Source: Nitrospirota bacterium
GTDB taxonomy: Bacteria > Nitrospirota > UBA9217
Direction of reading: 5' to 3'
Length of the DNA: 64,000 nucleotides
NCBI GenBank assembly: GCA_963751455.1
Contig: CAVVUN010000009.1
Location: 64,001 to 128,000, forward strand
Shown: piece after piece, positions 11,133-20,480 of the stretch
How positions within the stretch are numbered: position 1 is the first letter of the stretch
How the letters are laid out: each line of letters begins with the position of its first letter
Made by a program: the position numbers and the translations under genes
The notes under the pieces: model-generated
What the model saw: the letters and a program-made list of their open reading frames with translations, nothing else
What the model was told of the DNA's origin: nothing
Database searches by the model: none

Positions 11133-12073
11133 GATTCCCGCTTTCGCGGGAATGACGAACAAGATAATACGCGACTTCTCAGCAAGGAAGCCTCATACCT
11201 CGTGCTGGACATGCTCGCAACGAACCCGCCTCCCTATCAGGGATTCCGCAATGAATGGTTGCGAGATTCGACTAAGGTTCCATGGAAAACAGGCACTTCC
11301 TTCGGTTTCCGTGACGCGTGGTCAATCGGAATCGTCGGTCCTTATGTGCTTGCGGTCTGGATTGGGAACTTCGACGGGGAAGGCAACCCTGCATTCATAG
11401 GACGGGAGGCTGCTGCTCCATTGTTTTTTGAGATCATTGACTCCCTGAAATCACAGGATTCCGAGATAGGTAATTTCTCGGGTCACGGTCTCGCTGACTT
11501 GAACCTGTCCAAAGTGGAGGTCTGTGCTCTATCCGGCGGTCTTCCGGGACCCGACTGCGCTAACCGGGTCTCCACCTGGTTCATTCCAGGCAAGTCGCCC
11601 ATTGTGAAATGTGATGTTCACAGAAGAATATACATTAATACGCGAACTGGCCTGCGAGCCTGCATTGACGGCGCGCCGGGGACCAGGTCCGCGGTATATG
11701 AGTTCTGGTCCTCAGATCTTCTGGCGATCTTCCTTCAGAGCGGCATTACGCGTCGCGTGCCTCCGCCTTATGAACCGGGATGCAGCATGGAGAAAACATC
11801 GACAAAGGGGGCCGGCCCTCAAATCACCTCTCCCCGGGAAGGGGTGGTCTACAGCCTAAGGGCGGCATCGCTGAAGGACGAGCGGGTACCGCTGACCGCA
11901 GTTACTGATGCGGATACGCGTATTGTGCATTGGTTTGCAAATGAAGAGTATCTGGGCTATTCCGAGAGCGGAAAGACGTTCTTCTGGACGCCCAGGTCAG
12001 GGAAGTTCGCGATGCGCGCTGTTGACGACCAGGGCCGATCAGCTGTGAGGGATGTGGTCACAAGGATCGTAGA

Positions 12074-12255
12074 TTAGTTACTAAAAAGTAAAATTCTTCT
12101 CAAGATGGCAAGAAAATTCAGCCACAGAGGTCACAGAGCACACAGAGAACGGCTTGAAACAATTTCATAAATCCAGGCTTTGCTTTATATTTCTCCTCTG
12201 TGAACTCTGTGTGCTCTGTGGCAAAAAGGTTTTGGTTCCGGCTTGTCCGGGTTAG
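12074..12255 (-). mobile_element. Non-autonomous repeat element, copy 2; TTAG at both ends
   Basis: Ends match 512-732; interior has CACAGAG/CTCTGTG inverted repeats. Confidence 0.7.
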
Positions 12256-12482
12256 GCAGGATGGCAATATTCTTCAAAGTATGAAATGAAAAAACAGAGG
12301 CGGGTTTTTATGCTGCGCCCTAGCATTAAATTAGTGTTTTCGCTGAATAGTATGCCTCCATGGTTTTATTCCTTCTTTTCTCTCTTCTCCCAATCGTGTA
12401 TAATTGGGTGAAGCAGCAAATAACAGCGTTCAGCAATCAGCAGTCAGTGTCAAACTGTCAGAGAGAAATCTTTAAGCATAGC

Positions 12483-13250
12483 ATGAAATCCAAGACCGAA
12501 ACGATCATCATCAGCAGCATGAACCTGGGCGAGGCTGACAAGCTCGTTAGCTTCTTCTCGCTCGACCGGGGCATGTTGAAGGGCGTGGCAAAGAACGCCA
12601 GGAAATCCTTCAAGCGCTTTGGCGCGGGGCTGGAGTCGTTCACCTATTGCCGGCTGCACCTGTTTGAACGCGAGCACCAGGAACTGATCCGGATCGAGTC
12701 CGCGGACATCATTGAGCAGCATTCATCGATCGGGGCAGATCTAAGCAGAAGCGCTGCAGGGGCCGTCATGCTAGAAATGGTGCGGGAAATGTCGCCCCTT
12801 GGAGAGCGCAACGCCTCTGCCTTCCTGCTTCTCTCGCATACACTCGATCTGCTGAACGACGGTGCGGACCCGTTCTTCCTGCTCAGGATATTCGAGATCA
12901 AGTTTCTTTCACTCCTCGGATACCAGCCAAAGCTTGATCACTGCCTTTCATGCGGAGCCCAGCCGAAAGGGGACATGATCTTCGAGGCCATGAAAGGCGG
13001 CATACTATGCTCTGATTGCGTGGTCTCTTCCGGAGATCAGCAGGTAAGGCTCACGCCCGGCTCAGTCGGGTTTTATTACCACGCGCTCAGAATGGACATG
13101 GACAAGGTGTGCCGGCTCAAACCCTCACCTGTCATGATGCAGGAGCTGGACAATGCCTTTTCAGCTCATCTCCTGAATATTATGGGGAAACGGCTCAAGT
13201 CGATCGAGTTCCTGCGGACCGTCAGGTCGGTGGAACCACACAAAGATTGA
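12483..13250 (+). CDS. recO: DNA repair protein RecO
   Basis: GEADKLVSFFS..RG...GVAKNARKS, FEIKFL..LGYQP, C4 zinc motif. Confidence 0.93.
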   Translation: MKSKTETIIISSMNLGEADKLVSFFSLDRGMLKGVAKNARKSFKRFGAGLESFTYCRLHLFEREHQELIRIESADIIEQHSSIGADLSRSAAGAVMLEMVREMSPLGERNASAFLLLSHTLDLLNDGADPFFLLRIFEIKFLSLLGYQPKLDHCLSCGAQPKGDMIFEAMKGGILCSDCVVSSGDQQVRLTPGSVGFYYHALRMDMDKVCRLKPSPVMMQELDNAFSAHLLNIMGKRLKSIEFLRTVRSVEPHKD

Positions 13251-13458
13251 TTTGGCCACGGAGATTCACGGATCGACACGGATCAAAGATAAAGACGTTT
13301 TGCCGCGAATGAACGCAAATAAATGCTCATAGTTTTAAAGACAAGTGTGAAGAGAGCATAGTCGAGTGAATACTATTTAGCAAGACGTTTGTCATCGACG
13401 TGTTCTCTAATTCGGAATAATTCGCATATATTCGCGGCCAATATTGTCTTTTTTCTCT

Positions 13459-13487
13459 TTGACTTTGATTTGCCTCTATGCTATAAA
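13459..13487 (+). promoter_or_regulatory. Sigma70 promoter of cob leader
   Basis: TTGACT-17nt-TATAAA with TG extension. Confidence 0.6.
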
Positions 13488-13508
13488 ACGTTACAAATAC
13501 ATCGATCA

Positions 13509-13662
13509 CATCCAGGCGAAGGGAATCCCGTGTAAATCGGGAGCGGACCCGCCGCTGTAATCCCGGCCCGAAAGGGCCTTATATCTCTGCTGAAGCAAGC
13601 CACTGATCAATCTGATTGGGAAGGCAGGCAGGGATGGGAGAGCCAGAAGACCTGCTTGGATG
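13509..13662 (+). ncRNA. Cobalamin riboswitch 1
   Basis: AAGGGAATCCCGTGTAAATCGGGAGCGGACCCGCCGCTGTAA, GCCACTG, GGGAAGG, B12 box AGCCAGAAGACCTGC. Confidence 0.93.
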
Positions 13663-13716
13663 TTCTCGCACAGTCTTCGGCGTTAAGATCCTGTGTGGGT
13701 TAATACCACGTTATTA

Positions 13717-13751
13717 ATCCCCAGTCTTCAGAAGACTGGGGATTTTTTTTT
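13717..13751 (+). terminator. Intrinsic terminator, expression platform of riboswitch 1
   Basis: ATCCCCAGTCTTC AG AAGACTGGGGAT plus long T tract. Confidence 0.88.
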
Positions 13752-13918
13752 GGTCCATTCGAAACCACGTGATGAAGGTAAACAAGATTTGAACCACGGG
13801 TTCGCTTCGCGAACACACAGTGAAGCGGGATAAAAAATGGGAAGTACCCAAGTTAATCTGTGTTTATCCGTGTGTCGCGATTCATTGCGACCTGTGGTTA
13901 CAAAAGAATACAAACAGG

Positions 13919-14101
13919 AATAAGAAACGGAAAGGGGTGCGATTCCCCTGCTGTCGCGCAACTGTAATGGAAGCGAAAGCCGATCATGCCACTGGAAGCG
14001 CCGTTCAAGCCGATTGAACCGTTTAAGCGGTTTAAACAGTTTGAACCATTGTTCTGGGAAGGCCGGCGAGTAGATTGTCCAGAGCCAGGAGACGTCTTAT
14101 T
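13919..14101 (+). ncRNA. Cobalamin riboswitch 2
   Basis: GGAAGGGGTGCGATTCCCCTGCTGTCGCGCAACTGTAA, GCCACTGG, TGGGAAGG, AGCCAGGAGACG. Confidence 0.88.
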
Positions 14102-14224
14102 CAAATTTTCCCGCACAAGGAGATATGCATGATCAGGACAAAACCGCCTCTGTTGGCATAAAGGGACCTATGCTGTTCGGGAAGTTGGTTCGACAATCAA
14201 AATAAAAACAGAGGAGATTACACA

Positions 14225-15271
14225 ATGGATCATATTCTCAGCAGGATATCAGCGGTAAACGGAGCACTGGCTGAAGAAGCACAAAAGCGTCTTGATAATC
14301 TTACAAAGCCGCTCGGCAGTCTTGGCAGGCTCGAGGAGTTCGCGAAAAGGGTCGTGTGTATGACCGGGAACACAATGCCTGTGCTCGATAAAAAGGTGAT
14401 GTTCACGTTTGCAGGCGACCACGGTATTGCAAACGAAGGCGTTTCTGCTTACCCCAAAGAGGTCACGCCCCAGATGGTGCTCAATTTTGTTCGCGGCGGC
14501 GCTGGAATTAACGTACTTGCGCGGCATGCGGGCGCGGATGTGGTTGTCGTGGACATCGGAGTAAATTATGATTTCGGCGACGTGCCCGGTCTCCTTTCCA
14601 GGAAAGTCATGCGCGGGACTGCAAACATGTACAAGGGGCCTGCTATGACAAGAGAGCAGGCCAAGCAATGCCTCCAGGTAGGCATCGACCTTGCCCGGGA
14701 GTATGCAAAGAAGGGCTATCGCATTTACGGCACCGGAGATATGGGTATCGGAAATACCACACCTTCAAGCGCGATTGCATCCGTACTCACCGGAACTCCT
14801 GTTTCCGACGTGACCGGCAGAGGGACGGGGATAAACGATGAATCGTTCAAAAAGAAGATCGCGATCATTGAGAAATGCATTGCCCAAAACCGGCCGGACC
14901 CGAAGGACCCGATCGATGTTCTCGCAAAAGTAGGCGGCGCCGAAATCGGCGGTATTGCAGGGCTCATCCTGGGTGCGGCCTCCGAACGCATTCCGGTCAT
15001 CGTCGACGGATTCATCTCAACTGCGGGTGCGTTGATCGCATATGAGCTCGAGCCGAAAACCGCGGACTACATGTTCGCCGGACATTCCTCGGTAGAGATA
15101 GGCCAAAAGGCGATGCTAAAGAAAATGGGCCTTTCTCCGATCCTGGATTTCAACCTGAGACTCGGCGAAGGCACCGGAGCCGCTCTCGCAATGATCATGA
15201 TAGAGGCAGGGGTAAAGATTTACCGCGAGATGGCCACGTTCGGCGAAGCCGGGGTGTCGGAAAAAGCGTAG
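14225..15271 (+). CDS. cobT: Nicotinate-nucleotide--benzimidazole phosphoribosyltransferase
   Basis: [30 protein letters not shown]. Confidence 0.97.
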   Translation: MDHILSRISAVNGALAEEAQKRLDNLTKPLGSLGRLEEFAKRVVCMTGNTMPVLDKKVMFTFAGDHGIANEGVSAYPKEVTPQMVLNFVRGGAGINVLARHAGADVVVVDIGVNYDFGDVPGLLSRKVMRGTANMYKGPAMTREQAKQCLQVGIDLAREYAKKGYRIYGTGDMGIGNTTPSSAIASVLTGTPVSDVTGRGTGINDESFKKKIAIIEKCIAQNRPDPKDPIDVLAKVGGAEIGGIAGLILGAASERIPVIVDGFISTAGALIAYELEPKTADYMFAGHSSVEIGQKAMLKKMGLSPILDFNLRLGEGTGAALAMIMIEAGVKIYREMATFGEAGVSEKA

Positions 15272-15459
15272 CAACCGCGGGGACTCATTCCAAAACTGCT
15301 TTTGGACACTGATGATCACGGAAACAACGGATAACAACAGGAACGGTTGGCTGAATGGATACGGTTCATAAGATCAAAACGCGTGGTTATTTTTAAAATC
15401 CGTGACGATTCGTTTTTCATCCGTGTCCTTATGCTCTTTCAGGACCATACGGAGAATGC

Positions 15460-16770
15460 ATGACCACACAAATAGAAAACGCCCGCAAAGGGCTTGTTAC
15501 TGATCAGATGAAGACGGTTGCCGTTGCTGAAAACGTATCAATCGACTACATCAGAAAAATGGTGGCGGAGGGGAAGATCGTGATCCCGTGGAACACGATC
15601 AGAAGGCCGAAAGCCGTCGGGATCGGCAAAGGGCTTGCGACAAAAGTCAATGCTTCGATCGGCACGTCGTCGGACATCATTGATTACGCGGCGGAGATCG
15701 GTAAAGCAAAAACTGCTGCCGCGGCCGGCGCGGACACGCTCATGGAGCTTTCCGTGGGAGGCGATCTGGACCGCGTTCGGTGCGAAGTGGTTGCAGCCGT
15801 CGATATCCCGGTCGGGAATGTTCCGTTGTATCAGGCTTTTTGCGAGGCAGGAAGGAAGTACGGCAACCCGAACAAATTAGACGAGGAAATGCTGTTCGAT
15901 CTGATCGAGAAGCAGTGTGAGGACGGAATTGCCTTCATGGCGATCCACTGTGGCATCAACCTCTACACCATCGAGCGTCTGAGAAAACAGGGGTACCGGT
16001 ACGGCGGGTTGGTGAGCAAGGGCGGGGTCAGCATGGTTGCCTGGATGATCGCCAACGAACGGGAAAATCCGCTGTATGAGAAATTCGACCGCGTCGTCTC
16101 TATTCTGAAAAAATACGATGTGGTTCTCTCGCTTGGTAATGGTTTACGGGCAGGAGCGATCCATGACTCTTCGGACCGGGCGCAGATACAGGAATTGATC
16201 ATCAACTGTGAGTTGGCTGAAATAGGCAGGGAAATGGGTTGCCAGATGCTGGTCGAGGGGCCGGGACACGTGCCGCTCGACGAGATCGAAGGGAACATCC
16301 AGCTGCAAAAACGGATGAGCGGAGGCGCTCCCTACTATATGCTTGGGCCGATATCCACCGACGTAGCGCCGGGTTTCGATCATATTACCGCGGCCATCGG
16401 CGCAGCGCAGTCGAGCCGCTTTGGCGCGGACTTGATCTGCTATATCACTCCTGCTGAACACCTCGCATTGCCGAATGAGGACGATGTGCGCCAGGGCGTG
16501 CAGGCAGCCAAGATCGCGGCTTACATCGGGGACATGAACAAATATCCTGAAAAGGGAAGAACGCGCGATATGGAAATGAGCAAAGCGCGCCGCGACCTCC
16601 ATTGGGAGAACCAGTTCAAGCTGGCGCTGTATCCGGCAGAAGCAATGGCAATTCGCAAAAGCCGCATGCCGGAGCATGAAGATTCCTGTACCATGTGCGG
16701 GAGTTTTTGTGCCGCGAAGGGGGCTAACAAACTTTTCGCTGATGACTTGAAGCAGAGTGTGAAATTGTAA
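15460..16770 (+). CDS. bzaF: ThiC-paralog radical SAM enzyme, likely 5-hydroxybenzimidazole synthase
   Basis: ThiC fold (KVNASIGTS, EGPGHVP, C-terminal CTMCGSFC) located after cobT under B12 riboswitches. Confidence 0.8.
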   Translation: MTTQIENARKGLVTDQMKTVAVAENVSIDYIRKMVAEGKIVIPWNTIRRPKAVGIGKGLATKVNASIGTSSDIIDYAAEIGKAKTAAAAGADTLMELSVGGDLDRVRCEVVAAVDIPVGNVPLYQAFCEAGRKYGNPNKLDEEMLFDLIEKQCEDGIAFMAIHCGINLYTIERLRKQGYRYGGLVSKGGVSMVAWMIANERENPLYEKFDRVVSILKKYDVVLSLGNGLRAGAIHDSSDRAQIQELIINCELAEIGREMGCQMLVEGPGHVPLDEIEGNIQLQKRMSGGAPYYMLGPISTDVAPGFDHITAAIGAAQSSRFGADLICYITPAEHLALPNEDDVRQGVQAAKIAAYIGDMNKYPEKGRTRDMEMSKARRDLHWENQFKLALYPAEAMAIRKSRMPEHEDSCTMCGSFCAAKGANKLFADDLKQSVKL

Positions 16771-16906
16771 AACCGATACAAAGGCATTTTTCTCGCAAAG
16801 ACGCAAAGGGCGCAAAGAAATTTAAGAACTCTCTGTTTTTAAACCTTTGCGTTCTTTGCGAGCTTTGCGTGAGACGCTTTTGGTTCCGAGTGATAAGGAG
16901 CAGTGA

Positions 16907-18430
16907 TTGGCTAAAGCAGTAATGATACAAGGGACCGGATCGGGCGCAGGCAAGAGCCTGATTACTGCAGCGCTCTGCAGGATCTTCTCGGACAAGGGTA
17001 TGCGGGTCGCTCCGTTCAAGGCCCAGAACATGGCGCTCAACTCCTTCATCACGCTAGAGGGCGGAGAGATCGGCAGTGCCCAGGCTCTGCAGGCTGAAGC
17101 GGCGCGAGTTCAGCCGAGCGTTGATATGAACCCCGTTCTGCTCAAAGCGTCAGGGGATATGGGTTCGCAGGTCATCATCCACGGCAAGGCCTTTCGGCAC
17201 ATGAAGGCAACGGAATATTATGCCTTTCGCAAGGAAGCCTGGAGGGCTGTTACATCATCCTATCGCAGACTTGCAAAAAAGCATGACGTCATAGTTCTGG
17301 AAGGCGCGGGCAGTCCGGCAGAAATCAACCTTATGGACGTCGACATAGTGAACATGGCTGCGGCGAAGCTGGCAAAAGCGCCGGTATTTCTTGTCGGTGA
17401 CATTGACAAGGGAGGCGTGTTTGCTTCACTCTACGGAACGGTGAAGCTTCTCGGCAGGGACGGCTCCCGCATAAAAGGGTTCATCATCAACAAATTTCGC
17501 GGAGACCCGGCAATCCTGCAGCCGGGGCTTGATATGATTTCAGAGAAAACAGGCAAGCGAGTCATCGGCGTTCTGCCCCATGTCGCGGACCTGGGACTTC
17601 CTGAAGAGGATGGGCTGGCGCTTACACAGAAGTCAGAAGCAGGAAGTCAGAAGTCAGAAGGAGAACTGTTAAGAATAGTCGTAGTCCGGTTGAAGTACAT
17701 ATCGAACTTCACTGATTTCGACGCCTTTTCACAAGAACCTGATGTAGAGCTTTTGTATTCGAGTAATCCATCGGACATCGAGAATGCGGACTTGGTCATC
17801 ATTCCCGGTTCCAAGAACACGGTCAAGGACCTCTTGTTTCTGAAGGAGCGGGGCCTCGATGAAACCATTCGGAGAACGTACGCTAAAAGCATCGAGATCA
17901 TGGGAATGTGCGGCGGATACCAGATGCTCGGGAAACGGATACTCGATCCTCACGGCGTCGAGAGCGAACATAGAGAAGTTGACGGCCTGGGGCTTCTCGA
18001 TATTGAAACGTTGTTCGATAAGGAAAAAACCACGTGCCAGGCGCATGCTGAAGTAGTTCAGAGTTCTGGGTTCAGAGTTGGGAGTGTAAAGGACGAGTCG
18101 GTACAATTAAAAGGTTATGAGATCCATATGGGGAGCAGCACAGGTAATATCGGCTTGTTCCGGCTCCGAAGGCTCGGCGATAATCACCCTGCTGATGTTC
18201 TTGATGGTTCCCGGAATAGGAACTGCTGGGGCACGTATCTGCACGGCATCTTTGATAATAATGAATTCAGACGATGTATTCTGAACGGAATCAGAGAGCA
18301 GAAGGGTCTAAAGGCACTGACCACGGGTGTTGATTACCGGGCCATGAAAGAAAAAGCCATCGACAACCTCGCCGACCTGGTCCGTAAGCATCTTGATATC
18401 GATTACATCATGAGGAGCATGGAGCGATGA
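16907..18430 (+). CDS. cbiP: Cobyric acid synthase
   Basis: MIQGTGSGAGKS, PFKAQNMALNS, EGAGSPAEINL, GTYLHGIF. Confidence 0.97.
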   Translation: MAKAVMIQGTGSGAGKSLITAALCRIFSDKGMRVAPFKAQNMALNSFITLEGGEIGSAQALQAEAARVQPSVDMNPVLLKASGDMGSQVIIHGKAFRHMKATEYYAFRKEAWRAVTSSYRRLAKKHDVIVLEGAGSPAEINLMDVDIVNMAAAKLAKAPVFLVGDIDKGGVFASLYGTVKLLGRDGSRIKGFIINKFRGDPAILQPGLDMISEKTGKRVIGVLPHVADLGLPEEDGLALTQKSEAGSQKSEGELLRIVVVRLKYISNFTDFDAFSQEPDVELLYSSNPSDIENADLVIIPGSKNTVKDLLFLKERGLDETIRRTYAKSIEIMGMCGGYQMLGKRILDPHGVESEHREVDGLGLLDIETLFDKEKTTCQAHAEVVQSSGFRVGSVKDESVQLKGYEIHMGSSTGNIGLFRLRRLGDNHPADVLDGSRNRNCWGTYLHGIFDNNEFRRCILNGIREQKGLKALTTGVDYRAMKEKAIDNLADLVRKHLDIDYIMRSMER

Positions 18431-19425
18431 TCGGACCGTTCGAGATCATGTATGCTTTTTTTCTGGATCTCGCGATCGGCGATCCGCTCTGGCTGCCGCA
18501 TCCCGTGAGGCTTATCGGCAAGTCCATAAACGGGCTGGAACGCCTTCTGAGAAAAGTCTTTACAGCTGCGACAGGTGAACGATTGGGAGGCATTCTCCTG
18601 GTCCTGTTCCTGGTACTGCCTGTATATTTCATCACGGATCGTATCGTAACCCTGCTCTACCAGGCTTCGGGCCGCCTTTCCACGATACTCGGGACAGTGA
18701 TCGTGGTCTATCTTACGGCAACAACCATCGCGACTCGGGAACTCATACGTTCCGCGCAGCTCGTGATTGCATCAATCAGGAATGGGGATCTTGTTTCTGC
18801 AAGACAGCAGGTAAGCATGATCGTGGGCCGGGATACTCAGGAGCTTTCGGACAAGGGTGTACTCAAGGCAACGATAGAAACACTCGCGGAAAATCTTTCT
18901 GACGGCGTTATTGCTCCGCTTTTCTATCTTGCAGTCGGCGGGCTTCCGCTTGCCATGACCTATAAAGCCGTCAACACGCTCGACTCCATGGTCGGCTATA
19001 AAAACGAGAAGTATCGCTATTTCGGATGGGCAGCCGCGAGGCTCGACGATCTTGCGAATTATCTGCCTGCTCGGATAACCGGGCTTATTATTGTTCTGTC
19101 GCTCTTCACAGTCCTCCTTGTCCGTAACGCACGGAAGTCAGTGTCCGCGGTACGTCGGTGCCTGTTCATTATGCTTCGTGACGGCAGGAAACATCCGAGC
19201 CCGAATAGCGGCATTCCTGAGGCGGCCATGGCAGGGGCGCTCGGTATCAGGCTCGGGGGACCGTCTACATATGGAGGCGTACTGAGCGACAAGCCTCATA
19301 TCGGAGAAGAAGAAACTGATGATTATTTATCGGCATCGTACTATGCAATGACACTGGTAAAGGTCTCTTCCGGAATGGCCGCTATGCTTGCAGTATCGGC
19401 GTCGGCTGCAAGGGGACTGCTATGA
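18427..19425 (+). CDS. cbiB: Adenosylcobinamide-phosphate synthase
   Basis: GDP...HPV, ENLSDGVIAPLFY, YKAVNTLDSMVGY, SPNSG. Confidence 0.96.
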   Translation: MIGPFEIMYAFFLDLAIGDPLWLPHPVRLIGKSINGLERLLRKVFTAATGERLGGILLVLFLVLPVYFITDRIVTLLYQASGRLSTILGTVIVVYLTATTIATRELIRSAQLVIASIRNGDLVSARQQVSMIVGRDTQELSDKGVLKATIETLAENLSDGVIAPLFYLAVGGLPLAMTYKAVNTLDSMVGYKNEKYRYFGWAAARLDDLANYLPARITGLIIVLSLFTVLLVRNARKSVSAVRRCLFIMLRDGRKHPSPNSGIPEAAMAGALGIRLGGPSTYGGVLSDKPHIGEEETDDYLSASYYAMTLVKVSSGMAAMLAVSASAARGLL

Positions 19426-20480
19426 TGGAACACGGCGGGGATATCTACCTGGCTTCGCGTGAAACCGGCATCCCGGTGAGCGGGATCATAGACTTCAGCG
19501 CCTCGATCAATCCGCTCGGCATACCCGAGACCGTTGCTGAAGCATTGCGGGAAAACATACAATATCTTCCCCATTATCCGGAGCCTTTTGCGGATCACGT
19601 TACGATGCATCTCGGGACAAACCTCGATATAGATCCCGGGACGATCCTGTGCGGCAACGGCAGCACTGAGCTGATTTACCTTGTTGCCAGGGCACTGGCG
19701 CCGCGGAGGGTGTTGATTCCGGCGCCGACTTTTTCCGAATATGAAAGAGCGTGCCGCATGCGGCCTGAAACATCCTGTCAGCGATATTCATTGTCACGAT
19801 CCAATAACTTTGATATCGACGTCGATTCATTTATTAACGCCATGACCGGCTGTAATATGGCCTTCCTTTGCAATCCGAACAATCCGACAGGACGAATTCT
19901 CAAAAGGGATGCCGTTCTTGCGATAGCAGAGGCGGCACAGCGAATGTCCTGCTATCTTGTCGTGGACGAGGCCTTTATCGATTTCACGCCTGGACACTCG
20001 GTCGTAGACCGGGTCCCAGGCAATCCTTATCTCATTGTCCTGAGATCGCTTACGAAATTCTACGCCCTTTCCGGGCTCCGTATCGGTTATGGCGTTTTTC
20101 CGAAAGCTTTGGCAGCGTCGATAAAACACTGTAAAGAGCCCTGGACCGTAAACAGTCTTGCACAGATCGCGGGGATTACGGCAATCAATGACACAGCATA
20201 CCAGGGAAGAACCGTATCCGCGATTCAAGACGGAAAAAAATTTATGGAACAAGGGTTCAAGGACCTCGGGATCGATTACGTTCCATCCATGGCGAATTAT
20301 TACCTGTTCAGGCTTGAGAACGCGCAGGACATGATCGGCTTTCTCCGGAAGAAGGGCATTCTGGTCCGTGATTGCACGAGTTTTTCGGGTCTCGACCCAA
20401 CGTATATCCGTGTTGCGGTCCGGACACGTGAAGAAAACGGGGCATTGCTGAAGGAGCTTGTGAGATCATGCGCGGTATAG
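19422..20480 (+). CDS. cobD: Threonine-phosphate decarboxylase
   Basis: HGG, DFSASINPLG, CNPNNPTG, SLTKFYALSGLRIGY. Confidence 0.93.
   Translation: MMEHGGDIYLASRETGIPVSGIIDFSASINPLGIPETVAEALRENIQYLPHYPEPFADHVTMHLGTNLDIDPGTILCGNGSTELIYLVARALAPRRVLIPAPTFSEYERACRMRPETSCQRYSLSRSNNFDIDVDSFINAMTGCNMAFLCNPNNPTGRILKRDAVLAIAEAAQRMSCYLVVDEAFIDFTPGHSVVDRVPGNPYLIVLRSLTKFYALSGLRIGYGVFPKALAASIKHCKEPWTVNSLAQIAGITAINDTAYQGRTVSAIQDGKKFMEQGFKDLGIDYVPSMANYYLFRLENAQDMIGFLRKKGILVRDCTSFSGLDPTYIRVAVRTREENGALLKELVRSCAV

Larger units (their letters stand above)
7436..12077 (+). pseudogene. pbpC: Penicillin-binding protein 1C, multiply disrupted
   Basis: Transglycosylase (EDKWF, GGSTITMQL), SxxK, KTGTS and C-terminal domain; TAG at 8579, MITE 8620-8783, intron 9228-11132. 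Confidence 0.92.

Noticed and set aside
15460-16770. Thiamine biosynthesis thiC
   Set aside because: Context (cobT, B12 riboswitches, no TPP riboswitch or thi genes) favours a bza gene
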